Part shown: piece by piece, positions 39,437-50,929 of the stretch
How positions within the stretch are numbered: the first letter of the stretch is position 1
Layout: each line of letters opens with the position of its first letter
NCBI GenBank assembly: GCA_051294905.1
Contig: CM119371.1
Coordinates: 5,086,001-5,150,000, forward strand
Length of the DNA stretch: 64,000 nt
From: Botryllus schlosseri
Taxonomy: Eukaryota
Direction: 5' to 3'
The notes under the pieces: generated by a model
The model's input: only the letters and a program-made list of their open reading frames with translations
Database searches by the model: none
What the model was told of the DNA's origin: nothing
Position numbers and translations under genes: made by a program

Positions 39437-41473
39437 CTTGACTCCAAGAAGGTTGCGTTTACAATTCGCTGCGTGTTTCTTCTTTCGTTCGACGAACCGG
39501 CGTAACCGCGCCGTACGGCCTTGTTGGCTGACGTACCACGAAGCCTGTCTATTGGACACGTATTCGATGGATCACACTGACGAATATATTTGTTTCCGTC
39601 TCCACGACTTGTAACTTTATTGAATCACGTACGACAAAGTAACGGACTTCCGAATCAGCGAAATATCATGAATTGAATGACCGTCTCTCATAGCCACGAG
39701 AGAGTACATATGCACACATTGTTATCTACGTTCACACGACAAAATATACGACTCACAAAAGTCTTATCAGGTTTCAGTTCAGGGAATTACGTAAGGTCTA
39801 CCAACTCCTTATCGACTAATATTTAAATGGCGTTATACCAATATACTCCGTTAAAAGTTCCCCCTTCCCACCAAAATAACTTGGTGTAAAAAAAACGAGT
39901 ATATTGGTCAAAATCTCAAACCTAGGGTCATACAACATATGGACTGGGGCTAATCATAGGGACTGGAGACAGGAAACGATTTTATATGCAGGGGCAAAAG
40001 TAAACTAAAGAAACGAAATACCATACAAGCGTGGCAGCGTGGCAAGCGTGTCAAGCGTGGCAAGCGGAAACCCTATTTTACATAACCATCTCGGAACGAC
40101 TCGCAATATCATCGTTCCGTCCTACTGGCAACTGAAACTCAGATCAACAATAGTTAGCGCTCAAACAAAACAAAGAAATAAAATACATAATTAAACCAGC
40201 ACAAAAGCGTTACAACCGTGACATTACAGATCACTTCGCATGCACTAACAACAAATTAATGAAAATGTATAATAAAGAGCAACAAAAACTAGAAAATGCA
40301 ATGCAATTCACAGACGTAACCAGTCTAAACCAGTCTATATGCACTGACGAATACCATCTACGTGTATGCAAGGTCAACACCATAATTCATCCAGCAATCA
40401 TGCTTCAAAACCCACAGAACATGCCATTCACCGTCATCAATCACTTCTTCTACTTTCTCATTATTACTGTCAACCCGTCCAGCGGGCGCAGCAATCATTC
40501 CTACCAAATCCGTGTTGTCTGTACACAACAACAGAGGGCTTATAACAATCCAACAACCATTCTACAATCTGCAGTGACCATCTCAAACATGACGCAAGCG
40601 ACTACAAACGGGCCTACACGAGACTAACATATATTACTACAACGCATACTTCAGCAACGAGCTTCGGTGATCCCACGTTACATTCTACGACGGGGAGTCA
40701 CAACATGATGCAGCAATCCTGCATTTACATAATATATCAATGCGCAAATCACGCTTTTCACTACGCATATCTTTACTTTACGCGATTCAACAATCGATGA
40801 AGCAGCAATCCTGCATTTAAGCAACATATTAATGCACAAGGCATTTCTCATCACGCATATCTTTATTCTACGCGATTTAATGCAACACGTAATCATTCAA
40901 ATGTCTTGGTCTAACAATTCGTCTCCCTCTGGACGTATATCTTGGACTTGACTCGGTGATATTTCTGCAATCACGAGATATCACGTCGGGGTCACCATTT
41001 AACGCAGAGCGAATGTTTGTAGTTGTATAATTGTATATCTGACTCCAAGATGTATTCTTGACTCCAAGAAGGTTGCGTTTACAATTCGCTGCGTGTTTCT
41101 TCTTTCGTTCGACGAACCGGCGTAACCGCGCCGTACGGCCTTGTTGGCTGACGTACCACGAAGCCTGTCTATTGGACACGTATTCGATGGATCACACTGA
41201 CGAATATATTTGTTTCCGTCTCCACGACTTGTAACTTTATTGAATCACGTACGACAAAGTAACGGACTTCCGAATCAGCGAAATATCATGAATTGAATGA
41301 CCGTCTCTCATAGCCACGAGAGAGTACATGCACACATTGTTATCTACGTTCACACGACAAAATATACGACTCACAAAAGTCTTATCAGGTTTCAGTTCAG
41401 GGAATTACGTAAGGTCTACCAACTCCTTATCGACTAATATTTAAATGGCGTTATACCAATATACTCCGTTAAA

Positions 41474-44130
41474 TCAACCATCCACAAAGGCAACGCATAC
41501 TCCAACGCCGTCAAATCCGCCGGTCTCTACCAAATGATCACCGAGCCTACACGCATAACCGAAAAGTCAAGGACTTTGATCGACCACATATATACCAACT
41601 CGCGCGACATGGAAATCATTCCATTTGTCATTTCGGCAAAAATCAGTGACCACAACCATATTGGTTTTCTATCACAAGAACAACAAAGGACACCCCCCGA
41701 AACATATCACCTCTGCAGACGACGAGAGATAGTGGACGAAGAAGCGATCGATGATGCCGCATTCAATCAATTTAAAACATCAGCCATCCCCCACATCTCG
41801 GTAAACAACTTTGACGAAAAATTTGTTGAGTTTATGTCTGCTATCAAATCACTGCTGGAACAATTTGCACCTCTACAGCGCCTTTCGAGAAGTCAAAGAA
41901 AATTGAAGCGAAATCCGTGGATGACCACAAAGCTGATTCAACTTATCCGTAAAAGTAACCGGTGGCATAACCGAATAGACACCAAGAACTGCCCAGAACA
42001 TGAACGAGAAAGATTTCGACGTTTCAGGAATCGCACCGTGCATCTTATTTCCAAGGCAAAAGCAAAGTACAATGAGAGATTTTTCAACAGACACATAAAG
42101 GACACTCGAAAAACATGGTCAGGACTTAACTCTCTCCTACATCGAAAAAAAGGCCATAAATCTGTTTCGGAAATTGTGAATTCGGACACCGGAAACAAAC
42201 TTTCAGACCCGGCGGCCATCGCGAATCACTTCAATGAATATTTTTGTAACGTAGGCCCAAATATTGCTTCTTCTATTACAAAACCTGTGTCGGCCAGGTC
42301 AGAGGTGAGATCGATATCCCAGTCAATTGTGCTTGAACCTATACGACCAAATACGAAGTAGAAGTAGCCATCCACAAACTGAAATCGCACAAGGCCGACG
42401 GCTATGACCAAATCCCATCATGGTTTTTAAAAATGATAAGCCTGCATATCGCTCAATATATGGCCCATTTTTTCAACTTCATGATAGCAAATGGAGTCTA
42501 CCCAAGCTATTTAAAAAAAGCCAGAGTAGTCCCTGTACACAAAGCTGGGGATAGAACTAATGTCACCGACTACCGTCCGATATCCGTTCTCCCATGCATC
42601 GGGATTGTATTCGAAAAGTTGCTCCTCTCCCGCCTGTCCTCATTCCTCGCCAAAATGTCTGTCATTTCCCCTCAACAATTTGGCTTCCGAAACAAACACC
42701 AAACCGCTCATGCCCTCCTAACAGTGGCCGAACAGTACTATGATATCTCAGAGAAGCGAAATGTGGGATGTAGCATTTTTCTCGACCTAAAAAAAGCGTT
42801 TGACTGCGTAGATCATAAAATTCTCATCTCGAAATTGGCGCGTTACGGACTTCGGGGCCCACAACTTGAGCTCATGAAAAGTTACCTCACTGGACGCCAA
42901 CAAATGGTTGCGATCTCAGACACCTTGTCCTCTCCTCACCCGGTGACCTGTGGTGTGCCCCAGGGCTCAGTACTTGGACCGGTCCTTTTCACCTTATATG
43001 TCAACGACATTTTTGAAACCTCCTCATTGAACACCACACTGTTCGCTGATGATACTCACCTCCTCTCTTCCGCATCTTCGACGGCAGAGCTGGATGCCCT
43101 GACTGGTGACCAAATGCCCAAAGTCCATGAGTGGACGGCCCAGAACAACCTTTGCATAAACGCCTCGAAATCGCAATTGCTGACAGTAAATTCAAAAAAT
43201 AACCTAACCGTTAATATCGCTGGTCAGCCCGTTTCCAACACAGATAATGCCAAATATCTCGGAGTTTTACTGGACTCGAACATGTCCTGGAAGAGTCATA
43301 TTCAGTCCCTAGAAACTAAATTATCACCGAAGTGCGGCCTGTTCTACAGCCTTAAGCGCTTCATGCCAGCATGGGTTCTTCTGATACTCTTTACATCCTT
43401 AATCCAATCGAAGTTACATTATGGCATCCTCTGTTGGGGGGGCTGCCAGTAAAACTGCACTCAAGCCACTGCAGAAACTACAGCATAAAGTACTCCGAAT
43501 CATAGCTAGGGCCCCAAAGGGGCCTGGCTGCCCATCCAATAAGTCGCTGCTGAAGAGATTCGGCGTCCTAAACATAGAAGATATGCGGAAACTAGAAATC
43601 GCCAAGTTTATGTATCAGTTTCACTGCGGTCGTTGCCCCGAATATTTCAATGACTTCTTTACCTCTGAATCAAAAGCGCACAAGTACAACACACGCGCGT
43701 CCACGTCGTCCAAATATCATATGATCGACCGAAAAGATCATCGCTCCATCAAATATGCCGGACCTGATGTGTGGAACAGTATCCCGCCGGCCATCCGACA
43801 GTCGACGAGCATGTCCACATTCAAGTCGAAATACAAGCAATTACTACTAAATAAATACAGTCCATCCTCAAGATTACCGGACCACGACTGACCTATCGAT
43901 CTCGCTTCCCATGACATGCCGCCCTATTTCTTGTCGCATTCTTTTTCTATATCTTCTTTACTTTCATTCAGTGTGCATGCCTCCTCTTTACATCGCCTAG
44001 GCCAAGGTGGGTGTCAGATTCCATAGACTACTCCTTGTCGCTTCGACATCTTCCTGTCTTTTCATTGTATCGCATTTTTGTGGTGTATTGAACTGATAAA
44101 ATTGCTAATAAACCAATGATGATGATGATG
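41474..44130 (+). mobile_element. 5'-truncated CR1-group (CR1/L2/Crack-like) LINE; ORF2 broken by two frameshifts
   Basis: ORF pieces 41534-42361 (EN end: ITEPTR..LIDHIY..SDH, NPWMT), 42433-43452 (RT: YRPISVLP, QFGFR, DLKKAFD, GVPQGSVLGP, LFADD, KYLG) and 43421-43891 (C-terminus ..GPDVWNSIP). 3' UTR ends in AATAAA and a (GAT)n tail near 44130. Confidence 0.92.
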
Positions 44131-46648
44131 AAGTCGGGGGAAATTTACCGGTTTTTACTCCAGTATTGCAAGTTGAAATTAAGTGTCCTCTTTTCACGTT
44201 TTCAAATTACTGTAACCCTAAAATATGGTCATAATCGGACGTCGTGCACAACAAATCGGTAAGCGCGCCGTGAAAATAATGTCGCGACCCCTGCCCGGGT
44301 TAGTTCAGCCTCTGTTCTGGTTTACGCAGTCAATGGGTGTGACAAGGGTGTGTCTGAAGCCTGTGCCGGGTTGTAAAATCGATATGCGGCACTTCCGAAA
44401 GCGATACAAAGGCGCGCGTGTAGTAACAACAGTAGTACAGACAGTGTTACGTGTGCATTTTGGGTGCTGTCGGATGATAGTAGTCAGGCTAATTCAGATA
44501 GCTTAGGATGCGGTATATTATGCATGGGATAATAATGCCTTGTATGGTTCAATCTGTCAGGATTCCAGAATCTCATCTATGAATTGTACATGTTAACGAC
44601 GCTTGCCTTATACTAATTGCTATTTTTTCGAGTTGGCCATTCGAGGCACGCCTTTAAGACAGTAAACTTGTACAAGCTAGCAATTTTGTTAGTCAAGTTA
44701 AAGCGATATACTGTCCTTTTGAGTTGTTCTAGTTCTTTGGTTGCGCATTTTAAAAAGTGAGTAGTTATAGTTGTGTATTTCCAAGCTTGGTTCACAAAAT
44801 CTGAGTTTTTAACAGCATTGAAATGATGTAGGTCTATTCATTCTTATTGTCTAAAAGCAAGATGTGCTAAAATCTTGAAGTTTAGTCCTGCCATCTTTTG
44901 TAGCCCGGAATGGAATTGGTGGCAACGTCACACAGGATTTTCTGTTTATTTGCTTAATTATTCTATACAGAAAAGCTCTCATCTCGCAGGATTTATTTCA
45001 TAAAATGAACCGAGATTCCATATAGGACCTATTATAGGTGTAGCCAGTGCTGGGATCAATTCAACACCTTTGAGTCCTTTCCTATGGATAACAACATGAC
45101 CATCACCAATCAGTTCTACCCCAGAACTTCAACGTTAATGAATTTCAATATTTATGACTTGGACTTGGACAACTAGAAAACTTTTTCAAATTGAATTAGG
45201 TTTGGGATTACTGTACACGCGAATAATAATCCAAGTTGATTCTGATCAGCATGAGAATGGCAAATGCCTGTACACCAAGTTTGGATCGTTTCACACGATG
45301 CAGTTCTTTGTAGGAATTTCAGGAAAACCAGATATTAGATTAGAATTAAAATAAGAGCATAGACAGTAGACACATGTCTCAAATTATATTAAAATTAGAG
45401 CAAAGAAACATTTTAGGAAGTTGTCTAAATATTTTCAAATCTCCAATCAATATAAAGTCAAGTAGTATTATAGTCAAGTCAGTATTGTTTAATTTAATGT
45501 TTGGGTGTATAGGGCCTATATGCATCATGCATAATTATGTATGGGATTCCCCAGTGGTTCTCAACCTTTTTATTCTCGCGGCACCCTTTGGAAATGAAAA
45601 AATTGTTCGAGGCAAACCAGCACAGTGGATCTGAACTTTTTTGGCTTACGGCTTACTATTCTTCAAAATTTCAATGTAACTTTTGGCCGCCTGAGTCTCT
45701 CGTCATATGACTTGGTTTGAGTCATGCGCAAGTCGAGTCAATACCCAGTCATTTCTGTATTTCTAGAAAATGACTCAGGTCCAGTTGAGTCGTCAGAAAA
45801 TCGTGACTCGAGTCATTACAACCCTGGCGTATGCTCTATTAAAATGCGTAGGTATTATTGAATGTAAAATCTTTGTTTATTATCTGAAATTCTGCATCAA
45901 GGTTATAAACATACAGAATAAAAGCGTCATTGATCTCATATTTGTGTACAAGGGAAAATGAATATTGAGGGAAATGCTGTCACCAAATTCCGTAGTAATT
46001 GCAAAGAAGGAACCAATTGTAGGTTATATACACTCAATTGAATATTGATTATTTACAAATCTCAATAACAATATTATACTTGGATCTATTCACACACAAT
46101 GATTCGAGGACTGGAATATGACACGAGTATTAACTCTATTGATTTGAGTCGAGTGGTGAGATATCATTTTTTATCACGGAAATTTTACGCTCTTTGACAC
46201 GCAACATACAAAACATGTACGATAGTATAAATTTTTCCGCTCTTTACTGGAACTGACATTTTTTCGAACCGATGAACAGCAGTGTTATAAGCTGCAGTGA
46301 AATGGATGACAGTAAAATACCAAGTAATCTTTACTGCAAAGTAGGCCTGGCAATATGATCACATAACATGTGCATATTTGAACTATCGACAGCTTTCATA
46401 TTGTTGTGACGTCAAAATGAGGGATACTCGAATGCTTGACTCAGCTCCAAGCCCAATACTCGATTCGGAATGTAATCACTCAAGTACTGGAGTTTGGCCC
46501 GCCAGTTTAGGCTATTATCTGATTTGTCTGTGATGCCAGATGACACTGCATGCCGATGGAACTAACCATATCGACAGCATAAACAAAAGTGAACTTCAGT
46601 GAATAAAGGATTGATGTTAATCACAACGCTTTCCAAAGTAGACTAGGC

Positions 46649-47913
46649 CAGTGCTCTTCAACCTTTTTCGACGTGGTACACCCTTTTAACGTTTGCTCAA
46701 AACTCGTACACCCCTGTTCATTAGGGGTCTTCAAAAATGACTTTTTTTCTCAAATCGTACTGGCTACTTGATAAAATTGTTAGGTTACCTAACTTAAGCC
46801 TGCACAACAAATTTGGTTCAATTCCAACCCGCAGCCGGATTGCTACGGGAGAAGAAAATTTCTATTTATTAGATAAAATAAATACCGAAAAATTGGAAAT
46901 TTTTCTGTTCACCCATGAAAGTATGAGATTATCTATGAAAACGATGTTCTTCAAATTTGGTTCAATTCCAACCAGTAGAAGCGGAGTTATTGCCGTCAAA
47001 AAATTTGGATTTGAATAAAATAGTATTTGGTCACAGAGTCTATTCGCACTTCGCAGCCAGTTAAGCCGCCCGCCACGCAAATTGGAATTTATTCCGTGTC
47101 AGCCCAAAAACAGCATGACATTACGAACGATAATTCAACCTAAATGTAACAGTGTTGTGGAGGGAGTAGGTAAAGTTACTGCTGCAGAAGCGGTAATTCA
47201 GATCAGCGATGATAGCAGGCGCACCAGCCTACTACGTATCAGGCCTGCCCCACACCACACACAGTCGATAGTAGCACTTGGGCTGCAAGAGATGTCAGTA
47301 ACCTCAGATCGTATGCCGCTATATACAGTCTATTTTTCGCTGATTTGCATCACTAATAACAAAATACTAAATTGCAAATGTACTGCGAAATATTGGACAT
47401 AAAATCGGCATTTTAACACAAAAGGGTTTCGATTTCAACATGGAAGCTGTTTCGAACCTGGCTGGCTACGTCACTTCATTTATGTGCATTGCGGTATTTG
47501 TTAACGTCGGTTGGAAGTACCGATTCAAGAAGTCTCAGCTATCGCGGCGGTTCCCGCCAAAATCACTAAAAGACAAATGACTAGCTGAACACATGTTTGT
47601 TAACTGCATACTTTCCAACACCAACCGGAACCATTGGTCTATTGCCGACGGCTAAATGAATAGGAGAAATATTTGCCTATGACATCACAATCAAGCGGTG
47701 TACAGTATTACACTTGAGATAACATCGTACCATATTGCTCATTAACCTGTGCGTCAACCTGTACTGGCCCATAAACCTGCCTTTGTGATAGCTAGCCATC
47801 GGCTCATTGTAATTCGAATCTGGTACACCCCTGTACACCCCATCCGAGTGGTACACCCTTTGCAAATTCTGGTACACCCTAGGGTGTACGACAACCCCGG
47901 TTGAAGAGCACTG
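46649..47913 (+). mobile_element. Non-autonomous hAT element containing a fragment of another MITE (~46722-47020)
   Basis: TIRs CAGTGCTCTTCAACC...GGTTGAAGAGCACTG; 8-bp TSD GACTAGGC; repeated GTACACCC subterminal motifs. Confidence 0.9.
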
Positions 47914-49263
47914 GACTAGGCTATTTCATGACTTGAAATTTGACTCAAAAATTTGCTTCCGAGTCATGAGCAGTCTGGGCAAAGTACGGTATTATTGTTC
48001 AGTCATTTCAGTATGAATGACAAATAAAATTCAAAATATGTATCCTTTTCGCCGCCACACAGAATATACTGCCAGTTCAACATCACATTCAAAATTATTG
48101 TGCATTTTGTGACAAAGCTGTAGGTTGATCACCATTTCCCAGATATGTCATTTCACAATCGTGTAGCTTTGTACTATCGGTATTAGTGGCAAAGAGGCTA
48201 TAATTTTAGTACAGTACTCAACGGGATCATCTCACTCGATTCTTTAGAATTAATACTCGGGAGTCGGGATCGTTGTGCATGGCCGTACTTGCCAGTAACA
48301 CAGTTCTCAGTATGAAATCTCTCGAAAATTTATATTAGATGTCGTCTGTCTCGAAAAAATCGATTTGTCTATTCACTGGAAATTGGTGGTGGTCAGTCAC
48401 TCGGTATTTCTACTTTTTGACAGTAGACTACTCAAGTAGGTTTTGGCTACTTGCACTACATAATCAACTGTTTATGTGTTTTGACTACTTCCTCTTCTAC
48501 ATGAACAGATACTAGCAAAACTACTTAGTTCGTACTTGAAAAGTAGAAAGTAGTTTGGCGATAAGTATGCGCCACTTTTAGGTGTGAAGTGTTATAAGAA
48601 CTCGGAAAAATATACCATCGTAAAAGATTATATCTTGGTAAATTGTATCTATTCCTCTGTCATTATTCCAGGGACAGGGGTCACCAGCCTTTTTCGAGCC
48701 AAGAGCTACTACTACTTGTACTTGTACTTTCACTTCACTGAAATGCAGAATGGGAATTAGCAATAGGACGTCATGTGACGTCACAAGATTCACGTTCGCG
48801 TTCAAACAGAACCTGAACCTTTCAGAGATTTCACACCCATTCCTAGTTGCTTGACCCATGCTCAACTGCTGTTCATATCGAACTCTTCTCCACTAAAGCC
48901 TTTGCACCTTTGAAGCTCTTTTTTTGAATATTTGCTACTGTCACAGCAGGCAATTCATTAATATCTCACATGTCATAAAGTTTGAGGCAGTGAGGGTCAA
49001 AATTATCATCGTTTATACTCGATTAGAAGTAGAATAGCGATTTCTGAGTAAGTAAAGAAGCAAGTATTCTAGGCCTAGTTTTGCCTAGAATACTCAGTCA
49101 TTAGTGCAAGAAATCAAAACCTACTTAAGTACTCTGAAAAAGTAGTAGTAGTTGCAGGTATGTTCAGATGCAGGTATTTTAGTTTATTTCATGTAAAACA
49201 CAGCAATGGCTGTAAAGTTGAATCAGTGCTGTATCTTTTGTATATCGGCTGAATGCACTGGGG

Positions 49264-50929
49264 CAGTGGTTCCCAACCTTTATGACCTCGCGGCACACTT
49301 TGAAAATGAAAAAGAGTTCGCGGCATACTAGCACAGTGGTTCTGAACTCTTTTGGCTTACGGCAAAAGCAAACTACCAGAATGCGTATAGCAGCAACCAC
49401 AGTATTATATAGGTGATCACTGGTCACTGACGAAATATTTCTGCCTTTTCGGTGTACTCAAGTAGGCTTTTCGATGCTTCAAAGAAGAAATTAAGTTTTC
49501 TTTTATCTCTGCGGACATGTCACAAATACGTCTACGAATGGTATAATTTGACATGGGGGTCGTTTTCAATTCTTCTTTTTTTTTTAAATTTTATTGCAGG
49601 CAGGAATAAGGACTTTCTCTCAATCCGTGTGAGGTTTTGAATTATCAACCATTACCTCTGTTGCCACATAACTTGCCTGCTGAGACCTCGTTCAAACTTC
49701 AGGCTGAGGTTAATTTCATAAGATTGGCTTGACAACAAAGTCTGCCCACTACCTCGTTGTCGATGTAATTAACCGTCGCATGAAAGAGTCTAATCGCGAT
49801 CGTCACTAACAAATACAGACGCGTATAGAGGTGTCTATACTGTGAAGCCAAACGCTTTTCCATGCAGATCGTGTAATAGCTTCTGTGAGGATAGCAATAC
49901 CTCTGTCAAGAGTCTTACTGGCAGCCAGCTTCTGTTCAATTGCAGTTCCAACAAACCGGGATGATAAACCTCAGGACCGGTGAAATTTGTTAACTGAATA
50001 ATTTGATCAACATTGCTTCTCAATTCTCAAATTTGTCGCCTGCAACATTACGTTGCGCCCTGAGCCTACTTTTACCTGCAATGCTGGCACGCTACCTAAA
50101 AATCACAATGTGAATGGCTATGTCGGCAATTCTAATTTGTAAACGTGAACGTCACTTCCAAATAAGTATACATTTCTCGTTGGTGGGAATGCCTTCCTAG
50201 GTGTTGGCTCCTACTCGTCCTCGGCTCTGCAAAAGCAGTGTCTTACAAAAAGTGGACCGTGCAATAAGTTGGCATCTTAGGAATCAAAATATGTTATATT
50301 GGCATAGTATAAGATTATCATCGATAACGAAGACATGGCAAGAATACGACTACAAATAGAAACAGAAAAAGGTCAACTACGTCACGTCCCTGTTCTGCCT
50401 CCGGTTCGGATGGGGTGACAAGTAAAAGGTCACCTTCGGCCACACCTCAACATCACGGTCCAATAGCCCGAGTCTAGTTATCTATCTTTCATCGTCCTAA
50501 ATGCTACTATATGTGGGCAAACTAGTGCATCACACCCATTGACGGTGGAGGCCCCACTTTCATTCATGGCAGTGCAGTAGCAAGTTACGAAGCGTCGCAG
50601 ATTAATGAGATTCTCCGACCATATACGTTGCAATGCTCAGAGTGTCTTTACAATAAAAGCCAGAAAAAGACCCAATCCATGACGTGATGGGGATGCCTAA
50701 TTGAGATAACGTCACTATGGCCGTCGCGATATCCTTGTATCTGTTCACTGCATCGGATTGTACATCGCGTGTCTTGATGTAGTAAATTCAATAGAAACTC
50801 CAACAATGACACACTCAAAATTTAGATTTTTGTTATACTTTGACCCAGTTTAGCGCATTTTCTCGCGGCACACCTGAGCAGCCCAATTGGCACACTAGTG
50901 TGCCACGGCACACCGGTTGGGAACCACTG
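49264..50929 (+). mobile_element. Non-autonomous hAT (Charlie-like) element
   Basis: TIRs CAGTGGTTCCCAACC...GGTTGGGAACCACTG; 8-bp TSD CACTGGGG; repeated GCGGCACAC subterminal motifs. Confidence 0.9.

Larger units (their letters stand above)
34172..41473 (-). mobile_element. Non-autonomous LTR retroelement (internal-deletion derivative), ~470-bp LTRs, tRNA-Trp PBS; its 3' LTR is split by the Gypsy insertion
   Basis: Near-identical direct repeats at 34177-34235+39442-39855 and 41003-41473. PBS TGGTGACCCCGACGTGAT (40980-40997) complements the 3' end of tRNA-Trp. PPT GGTGGGAAGGGGGAA (39858-39872). The ~1.1-kb internal region is largely non-coding but keeps a Gypsy pol C-terminal-like motif (TSRGRRIVRPRHLNDYVL*). 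Confidence 0.88.
33902..44220 (+). mobile_element. hAT-type MITE that forms the outer shell of the nested insertions
   Basis: TIRs TAGGGTTAC...GTAACCCTA; 8-bp TSD AAATATGG (33894-33901, 44221-44228). Both halves resemble the intact MITE at 21422-21826. Confidence 0.88.

Noticed and set aside
41038..41078. tRNA-Trp gene or pseudogene inside the LTR
   Set aside because: Only anticodon and variable-region tracts match, out of order relative to the PBS; no cloverleaf can form.
49660..50023. Transposase remnant in the 49264-50929 hAT element
   Set aside because: Only a vague resemblance; no convincing motif by manual translation.
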